Shown here piece by piece: positions 50,890-59,870 of a stretch of DNA of 64,000 bases (position 1 is its first letter; each line of letters starts with the position of its first letter). The DNA lies in the NCBI GenBank assembly GCA_036675075.1, contig JAKFFM010000039.1, positions 13,010 through 77,009 on the forward strand, in the 5' to 3' direction. The translations under genes were made by a program, and so were the position numbers. Below the pieces are notes generated by a model, which did not search any database, was not told where the DNA came from, and was given only the letters and a program-made list of their open reading frames with translations. The DNA comes from Bacteroidota bacterium. Its GTDB lineage: Bacteria; Bacteroidota; Bacteroidia; JAKFFM01.

Positions 50890-51936
50890 CTAAATGTTTT
50901 CTTCAAGGTACTTGTCTATAAGTCTGGGAAAGGGATATCGGATCAGTTCCTCCACATTTACATACTCACTGTTCAGGAATTCGAATGTCCCCTGGTATCG
51001 GATCTTCCAGAATCGTGCATGAATAACCTGGTGTGAAAGCACATGCCTGACAGTTGGAGAGATCTGTTCAATCCCGATCTTTTTCCTGCTGAAATACTTT
51101 TTCCATTCTTCTGACTCACGTACGATCAAAGGATCAAGCTGATCATCCAGTTCTATAGATGGAAAATCATACATGTTTTGCCAGATGTCGTCGGCTCCGC
51201 GTTTTCTTAACAGAAGTCCCTGGTCATTCTGAAGAACGAAATATTCAATGTAGCGTTGAGTGGCTTTTGGCTTTTTCTTTTTGAAGGGCAGTTGTCTGAT
51301 AAGGTTTTTCTCTCTCGCGATGCACATCATGGAAACAGGACATTCCTCACATTTAGGCTGATGAGGTGTGCAGACAGTCGCACCGAGCTCCATAACAGCC
51401 TGGTTGTGGTTTCCCGGGTTGTTCTTGTCGAGTAGCGCCTGCGCCAGGTTGTAGAATTTAGTCTTGGCTTTCGCAGATAAAATATCATCATGAATATTGA
51501 ATACTCTTGAAAGTACACGGAAAACATTTCCATCCACAACAGCATAAGGTTGTTTGAATGCGAAAGAAGCGATAGCTGCTGCGGTGTAATCTCCAATGCC
51601 CTTGAGCTTCCGTATTTCTACGTAGTCTGAAGGAAATTTTCCATTGAACTGATCACGGATGGTTTGTGCAGTATAATGGAGATTTCTGGCTCTTGAATAA
51701 TAGCCCAGGCCTTGCCACGTCTTGAGTACAAGCTGTTCATCGGCATTGGCAAGATCCACGATGGTTGGAAATTGTTCGATGAATTTGTCGTAATAAGAGA
51801 GCCCTTGGTCGACTCTTGTCTGTTGAAGTATGATCTCTGAAAGCCAGATATGATAAGGATTCTCAGTATTTCGCCAGGGAAGGCTGCGATGACTTTTGTC
51901 ATACCATTTTAGTATTGATTTTGAAAAATGATGCAT
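50890..51936 (-). CDS. mutY: A/G-specific adenine glycosylase
   Basis: LPWR, SEIILQQT, WQGLGYYSRARNL, VDGNV, C-x6-C-x2-C-x5-C Fe-S motif. Confidence 0.97.
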   Translation of the reverse strand: MHHFSKSILKWYDKSHRSLPWRNTENPYHIWLSEIILQQTRVDQGLSYYDKFIEQFPTIVDLANADEQLVLKTWQGLGYYSRARNLHYTAQTIRDQFNGKFPSDYVEIRKLKGIGDYTAAAIASFAFKQPYAVVDGNVFRVLSRVFNIHDDILSAKAKTKFYNLAQALLDKNNPGNHNQAVMELGATVCTPHQPKCEECPVSMMCIAREKNLIRQLPFKKKKPKATQRYIEYFVLQNDQGLLLRKRGADDIWQNMYDFPSIELDDQLDPLIVRESEEWKKYFSRKKIGIEQISPTVRHVLSHQVIHARFWKIRYQGTFEFLNSEYVNVEELIRYPFPRLIDKYLEENI

Positions 51937-52004
51937 TAGTGTACCAAAATACTGTATTAGCCGAATAAATGATTTTTAATGATTATGCCTCATTTCTAAG
52001 GTGT

Positions 52005-52012
52005 TATCTTTG
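52005..52012 (+). promoter_or_regulatory. -7 promoter element (TATCTTTG) for the HU gene
   Basis: Exact consensus match. Confidence 0.6.
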
Positions 52013-52073
52013 CATTGCTTTAGTAGCAAGTAATAGAACGAACAATTAAAGTTAAAATTAAAGGACGACAGAG

Positions 52074-52358
52074 ATGACAAAGTCAGACATTGTGAACGAG
52101 ATTTCAGAGAAGACAGGAATCGAGAAAGTGACAGTACAAGCTACAGTCGAGGCTTTTATGAAAACTGTAAAGAATGCAATGAGCAAAGGTAGCAACGTGT
52201 ACCTCAGAGGATTCGGCAGTTTTGTAGTAAAGAAAAGAGCAGAAAAAACAGGAAGGAACATTTCAAAAAATACTCCTATCATCATTCCTGCTCACTATAT
52301 TCCTGCATTTAAGCCTGCAAAAACGTTTACTGACAAAGTAAAGAAAAGCGTAAAATAA
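52074..52358 (+). CDS. HU/IHF family DNA-binding protein
   Basis: MTKSDIV, LRGFGSF, GRNI, PAFKP. Confidence 0.95.
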   Translation: MTKSDIVNEISEKTGIEKVTVQATVEAFMKTVKNAMSKGSNVYLRGFGSFVVKKRAEKTGRNISKNTPIIIPAHYIPAFKPAKTFTDKVKKSVK

Positions 52359-52379
52359 TTCTTTGCTATCTTCGGAGCG

Positions 52380-53189
52380 ATGGGATTCAAATTAAAGCAT
52401 TGGCTGCTGATTGGAGTATCCATCGCTCTGTTTATTTTAATTTACTTCCTTCCTAAAACAACGGAAAAAGGAAGTGAAGGACAACCTACAGCAGCGACGG
52501 ATCACGGAGATCATATCAAGCCATATATCGATTCAGTAGTAGCGGCACTTCCTGAGCAGGACAAGCAGATTCTTAAAGAAAAGGAACAATACTTCAAGGT
52601 ATCCGCGGATTCAATTGCATCTTTCTGGAACAAACGCAGATTCCCCGGTGTAGCAGGATACTACCTGGCAGATTTTTCAAAAGACCATAGCAGTAAGGCG
52701 AACTGGTTGCTTACCGGAAATTCGTTTTACATGGCTACCAGGCTTATGACCACTGAAGACCTCAGACATCATTTTTATGAAGAGGCAATCAAGGCATATG
52801 AAAAGGCGCTGGAAGAAGATCCTGAAGATCTTGAGGTGAAGACCAGGCTGGGTGTGTGTTATGTTGAAGGTACAGGTGAACCGATGAAAGGGATCTCTTT
52901 CCTGAGAGAGGTTGTCGCTAAAGATTCAGCGAACACTGAGGCACAGCTGAACCTCGCATTGTTCGCGATACAGTCAGGACAGTACGATAAGGCAGCTACA
53001 AGACTGGAAGGCTTAGCAGCCATGAAGCCAGAATTCGCTGAAGTATATTTATACCTCGGACAAACGTATGCGGCCATGAACGATAAAGACAAGGCTATTA
53101 AGGCTTTAACAAGGTTTTCTGAGATGACAGATGATGCTCTTGTGCGTTCTGAGGTCGAAAAGTATATTAAAGAATTAAAAAATAGTTAA
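52380..53189 (+). CDS. membrane-anchored TPR protein
   Basis: N-terminal TM, C-terminal TPR repeats (PMKGI..LREV). Confidence 0.85.
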   Translation: MGFKLKHWLLIGVSIALFILIYFLPKTTEKGSEGQPTAATDHGDHIKPYIDSVVAALPEQDKQILKEKEQYFKVSADSIASFWNKRRFPGVAGYYLADFSKDHSSKANWLLTGNSFYMATRLMTTEDLRHHFYEEAIKAYEKALEEDPEDLEVKTRLGVCYVEGTGEPMKGISFLREVVAKDSANTEAQLNLALFAIQSGQYDKAATRLEGLAAMKPEFAEVYLYLGQTYAAMNDKDKAIKALTRFSEMTDDALVRSEVEKYIKELKNS

Positions 53190-53211
53190 TTTCGCAAAAA
53201 AATAGAAGGAC

Positions 53212-53304
53212 ATGCCAAGCGGTAAAAAAAGAAAAAGACATAAGATTTCAACCCACAAGCGTAAGAAGCGTCTGAGAAAAAACAGACACAAGAAGAAGAA
53301 GTAA
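53212..53304 (+). CDS. 30S ribosomal protein bS22 (AURKAIP1/COX24-like), 30 aa, absent from ORF track
   Basis: MPSGKKRKRHKISTHKRKKRLRKNRHKKKK*; matches my recollection of the Bacteroidota bS22 sequence. Confidence 0.88.
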   Translation: MPSGKKRKRHKISTHKRKKRLRKNRHKKKK

Positions 53305-53402
53305 TTTCATTGAGACACAGTTCTCCTGTTGTCTTTAGAATTCCATTATTTTTCATCTTTACGCCCTTCCATATTCTGTGGAAGGGTTAAAATTTTTCAG
53401 GG

Positions 53403-54950
53403 TTGAACGAATTAGTAATTGATTCCTCCCCTGGCGAGGTTACCATCGCACTGTTAGCAGAAAAGCGTCTGGTTGAGCTTCACCGGGAAAAGAGGAATAA
53501 TAGTTATTCAGTAGGGGATATCTACCTGGGCAGAATCAAAAAGGTGATGCCAGGCTTGAACGCTGCATTTGTTGATGTAGGGTACGAGAAAGATGCATTC
53601 CTGCACTACCTGGACCTGGGGCCTCAGGTTCAGTCGCTGATAGCTTATACAAAACGCACCCAGGGAAGTAAGCAGAATGAAGCAGGGCTTGAGAATTTCA
53701 AGCTTGAGCCGGATATCGACAAGACTGGTAAGATTACCCAGGTGGTTTCATCCAATCAGAATATCCTGGTACAGATTGCGAAGGAGCCTATCTCTACGAA
53801 GGGCCCCAGGATCACATCTGAGCTTTCATTAGCAGGAAGGTATCTCGTACTTGTTCCATTCTCCGACAGGATCTCAGTTTCGCAGAAGATTAAAAATTCT
53901 GAAGAAAAAGATCGTCTCAAAAAACTGATCCAGAGCATCAAGCCAAAGAATTTTGGTGTGATCGTTCGTACAGTTGCTGAGAACAAGAAAGTCGCTGACC
54001 TCCATGCTGACCTGAACGACCTGATCAAAAAATGGGAAAACCTGTACAGTGAGCTCAAAACTGCCAAGCCTCCTCAAAAGGTGCTGGGTGAGCTCGACAG
54101 GACCAATGCAATTCTGCGTGATCTTCTGAATGCTTCATTCAATGGGATTTATGTAAATGACCAGGCTGTATATGACGAGCTGAAGTCTTACCTGCATACC
54201 ATCGCCCCTGATAAAGAAAAGATCCTGAAGCTTCATAAAGGCAAGGAACCGATCTTCGAGGCTTTTGGTATCGACAGGCAGATCAAGGCATCATTCGGGA
54301 AAACAGTCACGATGAAAAGCGGTGCCTACCTTGTTGTTGAGCATACAGAAGCTTTGCATGTTGTGGACGTGAACAGCGGCCATCGTGCAAAATCAGATAA
54401 CAATCAGGAAGCCAATGCACTCGAGGTGAATCTCGAAGCCGCAACGGAAGTTGCCCGCCAGCTAAGGCTGCGTGATATGGGTGGTATCATTGTCATCGAT
54501 TTCATCGATCTCCATAATCCTGAGAACAGAAAGCTTCTTTTCAATAAGATCCGTGAAGAGATGAAGAGCGATCGTGCAAAGCACAATATCCTTCCTCCGA
54601 GCAAATTCGGACTGGTTCAGATCACACGGCAGCGTGTAAGGCCGGAGATGAATATCACCACGGTTGAAAAATGCCCATGCTGCTCCGGAACAGGTGAAGT
54701 GCAGGCAAGCATTCTTCTTGAAGATGAGATTGAAAACACATTGAGATACATTTTCCAGGAACAGAATGAATCAGCTGTTACACTCGTCGTACATCCGTTC
54801 ATTGAAGCTTACCTGACAAAAGGATTGATCTCTAAGCGCCGTCGCTGGCAGCTTAAGTTCAAGCGTAGTATCAAAGTGAAGGCTTCTCCTGCAATGGCAT
54901 ATCTTGACTTCAAGTTCTTCAACAAGAACGAGGAAGAGATCATCCTGTAA
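53403..54950 (+). CDS. Rne/Rng family ribonuclease (RNase G/E)
   Basis: GDIYLGRI..PGLNAAFVD, KEPISTKGPR, DVNSG, LRDMGGIIVIDFID, CPCCSG; TTG start. Confidence 0.95.
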   Translation: MNELVIDSSPGEVTIALLAEKRLVELHREKRNNSYSVGDIYLGRIKKVMPGLNAAFVDVGYEKDAFLHYLDLGPQVQSLIAYTKRTQGSKQNEAGLENFKLEPDIDKTGKITQVVSSNQNILVQIAKEPISTKGPRITSELSLAGRYLVLVPFSDRISVSQKIKNSEEKDRLKKLIQSIKPKNFGVIVRTVAENKKVADLHADLNDLIKKWENLYSELKTAKPPQKVLGELDRTNAILRDLLNASFNGIYVNDQAVYDELKSYLHTIAPDKEKILKLHKGKEPIFEAFGIDRQIKASFGKTVTMKSGAYLVVEHTEALHVVDVNSGHRAKSDNNQEANALEVNLEAATEVARQLRLRDMGGIIVIDFIDLHNPENRKLLFNKIREEMKSDRAKHNILPPSKFGLVQITRQRVRPEMNITTVEKCPCCSGTGEVQASILLEDEIENTLRYIFQEQNESAVTLVVHPFIEAYLTKGLISKRRRWQLKFKRSIKVKASPAMAYLDFKFFNKNEEEIIL

Positions 54951-55027
54951 TTCTCAAGAATTATTCTTTATTGAGATGCATCAGAAAGCTATTTAGTGCA
55001 TCCTGTTATCCGGAAATCGGTTTGTGC

Positions 55028-55450
55028 TTATTCTGCCGGATAGAGTTTCTGCAAATTCTCCACACTACCTTTAACCATTTCTTCAAGAACACTGGTATCA
55101 ATATCTGAAAGCTTGTTGATGTAGACACAACCTTTCGCTGCTTTATGCTTTCCGAAGTTTTTGAGTATATCATGTGAGTGCATGATCGCTCCCATTACAT
55201 ACAGGGAGATCTTTCCTTTGCGTGGTGAGAAGCCGACGAGGAACGAGTTACCTTCATGTCCACTTGCATACTTGTAATGATACGATCCAAAACCGATCAT
55301 CGTTCCTCCCCACATTACAGGCTCGAATCCGCTTGCTTTTTTCATGATTTTAATGATCTCCCTGCTGTCATCACGCTGACGTTCACTTTCCAGTGAATCG
55401 ATGAAGTTCTGGACATCCGCTGATGTGGGTTTGGTTTTTGTCTCCGCCAT
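55028..55450 (-). CDS. DUF1801 (YdhG-like) protein
   Basis: MWG..IGFGSYHYKYASG, GFSPRK, GKHK..KGC.YI. Confidence 0.85.
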   Translation of the reverse strand: MAETKTKPTSADVQNFIDSLESERQRDDSREIIKIMKKASGFEPVMWGGTMIGFGSYHYKYASGHEGNSFLVGFSPRKGKISLYVMGAIMHSHDILKNFGKHKAAKGCVYINKLSDIDTSVLEEMVKGSVENLQKLYPAE

Positions 55451-55507
55451 GATACCGGTTTCTTGATGTTTTTGAAAATAGAATTATCATCTAAAATAAT
55501 AAAAGGG

Positions 55508-56767
55508 TCACTCGTACTGCTTAAGCTTCATCTGCAAAGGGATTACAGAAAGTACAATGAACAGGGCACCGATAAAAAACGTCCATGTCACGTTGGAGCC
55601 TTCAGCAAAAAATGGTATTGAAAACACACCGATAAGGGCTGACCGTACAAGGATATTGATCACCTGGAATACACTGCCTGCTCTGCCCATGTAAGTATTT
55701 GGAATATTATTGAATAGATAGGTCACTCTGAGAACGCGCGTGCCTGCATTCGTAATTCCTATGATGAAGGAAAACAAAAAGAACAGGACGAGGCTTTTTG
55801 TGAATGATACGAGCAGAAGGCCAGCTACCGTGATCCACATGAGAATGATGATCGCCTTCACTGGTGAGGTGTTTCTGAACATGTTCCGGATTCCTACACC
55901 TGCAAGCAAAGCACCGATCGCGTAATAGATGTCTGCTGAAGCATAAGTGTCAGCTCCTGCTTCAAGATGATTGCTGATATACAATGGGAGAAGGAAATGT
56001 ACTTCGATGAGGAGGAAGACAAAGATGGAGTAGGACAAATTTCCAAACCAGAAAATTGTCGGATTTTCTTTGAGGTACCTGATGCCAAGTCTTATTCGTT
56101 CATACACAGATCCTTCATGAATATGCCTTTCAGATGTCGGCGTATATTTTATAAATAGCAGGAGCAGAATGGATATGGCATAAGTAATTCCATCCAGTAA
56201 GAAGATCTCATGCAGCTCCCATTTTTGTACATCGAATGGCAGGTGCGTTTGAAATCCGAGCAGGTTGATGTTGCCATTCTCTGTGCCCGACAGAAGAATT
56301 GATCCGGCTGCACCTCCGAGGATGGTAGTTGCCTGTCCCTGGATTTCAAAGAGCGCATTTGTTTTTCCATAATTCACCTTTTCAGTGATCTCTTGTCCGA
56401 AGGCATACAATGCAGGGTAATGAATGTTGTAAATAAAAACTGTCACGGCAAAAACAAGTCCTACCATCAACGCAGGAACCATCCCATGATAAAAACCATA
56501 GAGCGCCACGCCGTTGACAATAACTCCTCCGCAAACATTGATCAGGATGAAGATCTTCTTGCGGGAATATTTATCAATCAGAGTTCCTGTATATAAGCTC
56601 CAGAAAACTGTACCCAATGTGATGATCGCGTAAAGCCATCCGTAGAGGGTTGTCTGTTTTGTTACCGTGGTGAAGTACCATGGTATCGCAAGCATGCTGA
56701 TCCCCTGAGCAAAACCGGAAATGATGTTGGCGATTAAGAGTAACGTTAATGCCTGCCGGTTTTTCAT
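55508..56767 (-). CDS. MFS transporter
   Basis: About 12 TM segments, GTLIDKYSRK motif A; start trimmed to ATG 56767, with TACTTTTG at 56772-56779. Confidence 0.9.
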   Translation of the reverse strand: MKNRQALTLLLIANIISGFAQGISMLAIPWYFTTVTKQTTLYGWLYAIITLGTVFWSLYTGTLIDKYSRKKIFILINVCGGVIVNGVALYGFYHGMVPALMVGLVFAVTVFIYNIHYPALYAFGQEITEKVNYGKTNALFEIQGQATTILGGAAGSILLSGTENGNINLLGFQTHLPFDVQKWELHEIFLLDGITYAISILLLLFIKYTPTSERHIHEGSVYERIRLGIRYLKENPTIFWFGNLSYSIFVFLLIEVHFLLPLYISNHLEAGADTYASADIYYAIGALLAGVGIRNMFRNTSPVKAIIILMWITVAGLLLVSFTKSLVLFFLFSFIIGITNAGTRVLRVTYLFNNIPNTYMGRAGSVFQVINILVRSALIGVFSIPFFAEGSNVTWTFFIGALFIVLSVIPLQMKLKQYE

Positions 56768-56915
56768 TAAACAAAAGTAATCAGAACTGCTGTTGTTCTT
56801 GAAAAATATAATCGGAATCAGGCAAATTGAAGGTCCTTGAAAGCCTTGCTCCATGTATATTTCAGCATCTTCAGTATCTTTAAACCTGAATGAACAGGAA
56901 GATCTAAAGAGCGGA

Positions 56916-57386
56916 ATGGATTCATCATCAACAATAAGGCCCACAGCTGATCCGCTTGAAAAAGCCAGACGCTTTTGTGCATACCAGGAACGTGCACAGC
57001 AGGAAGTTCGTGACAAACTTTATGAATGGGGTTGTCACCAGGAGGAGGTGGAGAATATCATCATTGCACTCATTGAAGAAAATTTCCTGAATGAAGAACG
57101 TTTTGCGAAGACCTATGCACGCGGAAAGTTCAGGATCAAAAAATGGGGACGACAAAAGATCAAAGCATCACTTAAGTTTAAAAAGATAAGTGATTCATGC
57201 ATCCGGATCGGTCTCGCAGAGATCAATGACCATGAATATCGTGCTGTCCTGGAAGAGCTTGTTGAAGAGCGCTCAAAAAAAGAGACGGAAAAGAATCTGC
57301 TTCGAAGAAATTATAAAATTGTCAGCTACCTCATGTCACGAGGTTTTGAACCTGACCTGATCTGGGATTGCCTTAAGTCCGAATGA
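56916..57386 (+). CDS. recX: regulatory protein RecX
   Basis: FCAYQER..EV..KL, FLNEERFA, KWGRQKI, RGFE; start 56916 or 56853. Confidence 0.92.
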   Translation: MDSSSTIRPTADPLEKARRFCAYQERAQQEVRDKLYEWGCHQEEVENIIIALIEENFLNEERFAKTYARGKFRIKKWGRQKIKASLKFKKISDSCIRIGLAEINDHEYRAVLEELVEERSKKETEKNLLRRNYKIVSYLMSRGFEPDLIWDCLKSE

Positions 57387-57430
57387 CTGATGGGTGCTTA
57401 AATCTTATGATTTTAGCTATCTTCGCACCC

Positions 57431-58520
57431 ATGATCACAATAGAACAGCTGAAAGAGCTTGTAGAGCGACGTGACGCTCTGAGGGGGCATCTTTGACCTT
57501 GACAGGAAACAGAGAGAACTAGAAGAATTACAGGAAAAGACCCTGGCACCGGATTTCTGGAATGACCCCAAGAAAGCCGAAGACCTGCTGAAACAGGTAC
57601 AATCAAAAAAGATCTGGACGGATGGATTTAAAAAGGTAAGCGACAGTGTCGATGACCTTAGCACCATCTTCGAATTCTTTAAGGAAGGAGAAGCATCTGA
57701 ATCGGATGTGATGGAGCAGTACAACCTTGCTTTGAAGCTTGTTGAGGATCTTGAATTCAAAAACATGTTAAGTGGCAAGGAAGATGCGCTTAGTGCCGTG
57801 CTTACCATCAACTCTGGCGCCGGTGGTACTGAAAGCCAGGACTGGGTGAGCATCCTTCTGCGTATGTATGTGATGTGGGCTGAAAAGCATGGATTCAAAG
57901 TCGTGGAAACTGACCGTGTTGAAGGTGATGTTGCAGGCATAAAGTCTGTGACGATCCAGGTGGAGGGTGAGTTTGCCTATGGATATCTGAAAGGTGAGAA
58001 CGGAGTGCACAGGCTTGTGAGGATCTCTCCATTCGATGCCAATGCAAAACGTCATACCTCATTCGCGTCGGTCTATGCATATCCGCTGATCGATGATACG
58101 ATCGAGATCGATGTTAACCCTGGTGATATTGAATGGGAAACATTCCGCTCAGGCGGTGCCGGCGGACAGAATGTAAACAAGGTGGAAACAGCTGTAAGGC
58201 TTTATCACAAACCTTCCGGGATTGTCATTAAGAACCAGGAAAGCCGCAGTCAGCTTCAGAATAAAGAGAACGCTGTCAAGCTCCTCAAATCACAGCTTTA
58301 TGAAGTGGAGATGCGTAAGCGTCGTGAATCGATTGCAGCTATTGAGGGCAGCAAGAAGAAGATCGAATGGGGCTCGCAGATCAGGAACTATGTGTTACAT
58401 CCATATAAGCTGATCAAAGATCTGCGGACAGACCATGAAACATCGAATACCCAGGCGGTGCTTGATGGTGACCTCGATGATTTCATCAAGTCATACCTGA
58501 TGGAATACGGAAATGCCTAA
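57431..58520 (+). CDS. prfB: peptide chain release factor 2, programmed +1 frameshift at 57491-57497
   Basis: [21 protein letters not shown] then AGGGGG-CAT-CTT-TGA-C; +1 frame continues DLDRK..PDFWND into the 57708 ORF with SPF and GGQ motifs. Confidence 0.97.
57482..57497 (+). promoter_or_regulatory. RF2 autoregulatory frameshift site
   Basis: AGGGGG + 3 nt + CTT TGA C, the canonical arrangement. Confidence 0.95.
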
Positions 58521-58562
58521 GCAGGAAATGAACCATCGTCAAAAGACCCAATAGCTTCTCCT

Positions 58563-59384
58563 ATGGTCAGATACAATACCAGGGAATGGTTCTCACTCAT
58601 ATTCCGTTTTCATAAAAGCGATACGTTCAGGATCCTGTTTCCTGCAATGATCATCACAGCATTGTATAGCTGGGGTGTTGCATGGTTTGAAATAACCTAC
58701 CTCGATGGTGCACGGAAGACCAGCTCGCTCATGCATAGTCTTCTTGGTTTCGTGATCTCATTACTTCTTGTATTCCGTACCAATACAGCCTACGAGCGGT
58801 GGTGGGAAGGACGGAAGCTATGGGGAACACTGGTGAACAGCTGCCGGAACATCGCAATCAAAGCAAATGCATTCTCACCGGATGAGCATGAAAAAGAACG
58901 CTTTGCCAGTCAGCTCATCGCTTTTCCTCATGCATTAAAGGATCATCTAAGGGACAAGTATTCAGTCGCAGAACATGTTCCCCTGAAGATCTCCGGAGAC
59001 ATCTATCAGACGATCACATCATGGCATAAGGCGGGCTCAATCAATGAGGCGCAGTACATGAACCTGAACGCTGATCTTACATCCCTCATGGACATTTGCG
59101 GCGGATGTGAAAGAATCAAAAGAACTCCGATCCCCTTCTCGTATAGCCTGTTCCTGAAGAAATTCATTTTCGTGTATATCATGACGATGCCCTTCGGTCT
59201 TGTAAAAGATTTTGGGTACTGGGTGATCATCATTGTGGTCTTTATGTTTTATGTCCTTGCAAGCCTTGAGCTGATCGCGGAAGAAATCGAAGATCCATTC
59301 GGAGATGATTCAAATGACCTTCCTACAGAAGAGATTGCAAACAATATTGAAAAAAACGTCAGGCAGGTATTGCGTGTCAGGTGA
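58563..59384 (+). CDS. bestrophin family ion channel (YneE-like)
   Basis: LLVFRTNTAYERWWEGR..WG, ERIK.TPIP..Y, IEDPFG. Confidence 0.93.
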   Translation: MVRYNTREWFSLIFRFHKSDTFRILFPAMIITALYSWGVAWFEITYLDGARKTSSLMHSLLGFVISLLLVFRTNTAYERWWEGRKLWGTLVNSCRNIAIKANAFSPDEHEKERFASQLIAFPHALKDHLRDKYSVAEHVPLKISGDIYQTITSWHKAGSINEAQYMNLNADLTSLMDICGGCERIKRTPIPFSYSLFLKKFIFVYIMTMPFGLVKDFGYWVIIIVVFMFYVLASLELIAEEIEDPFGDDSNDLPTEEIANNIEKNVRQVLRVR

Positions 59385-59387
59385 GAA

Positions 59388-59738
59388 ATGGAAAATAAAA
59401 TAACTATTTACTACAACCCGGAATGTTCGAAATGTCAGACTGCCTTGTGTTCTATTGAAGAGCGGGGTTTACAGACGGAGATCATTGAATATCTGAAAGA
59501 CTCCCCTACTGAAGAAGACATCGCAGGGCTGCTTAAAAAGCTTGGTATTCCTGCCAGAGAGCTTGTAAGAGTTTCCGAACCATTGTTCCAGGAAATGTTT
59601 AAAGATGCTAACCTGACTGAATCTGAGTGGATTGGCGTCATGGCCAAATACCCCATATTGATCCAGCGTCCGATCATAATCAGGGGTGATAAAGCAGTGT
59701 TGGGAAGATCAAAAGATCAGCTGGATTCTATTCTCTGA
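59388..59738 (+). CDS. ArsC/Spx/MgsR family protein
   Basis: IYYNPECSKC, LIQRPII, GR. Confidence 0.88.
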   Translation: MENKITIYYNPECSKCQTALCSIEERGLQTEIIEYLKDSPTEEDIAGLLKKLGIPARELVRVSEPLFQEMFKDANLTESEWIGVMAKYPILIQRPIIIRGDKAVLGRSKDQLDSIL

Positions 59739-59846
59739 ACCGGATATTGCTCTTTCTGAAATGCGCTAATGTCAAGCATTTCCGGAATTCTGCGTGTGTC
59801 GCGAGCTTTAATTAGTCTGCTCATTGCTTCTCTCGCCTTTTAAGCT

Positions 59847-59854
59847 TAAATTTG
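59847..59854 (+). promoter_or_regulatory. -7 promoter element (TAAATTTG) for dnaX
   Basis: Exact consensus match 16 nt upstream of ATG. Confidence 0.6.
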
Positions 59855-59870
59855 TTAGAGGAGCATTCTG

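Noticed and set aside
56768-57016. Long N-terminal extension of the MFS ORF overlapping recX
   Set aside because: Non-membrane sequence antisense to recX; a promoter element sits just upstream of ATG 56767
57413-57940. 175-aa minus-strand ORF
   Set aside because: Antisense shadow of prfB; the plus strand is fully explained by the frameshifted RF2
59739-59870. Possible SRP RNA or other ncRNA upstream of dnaX
   Set aside because: No SRP domain IV motif and no convincing long stem
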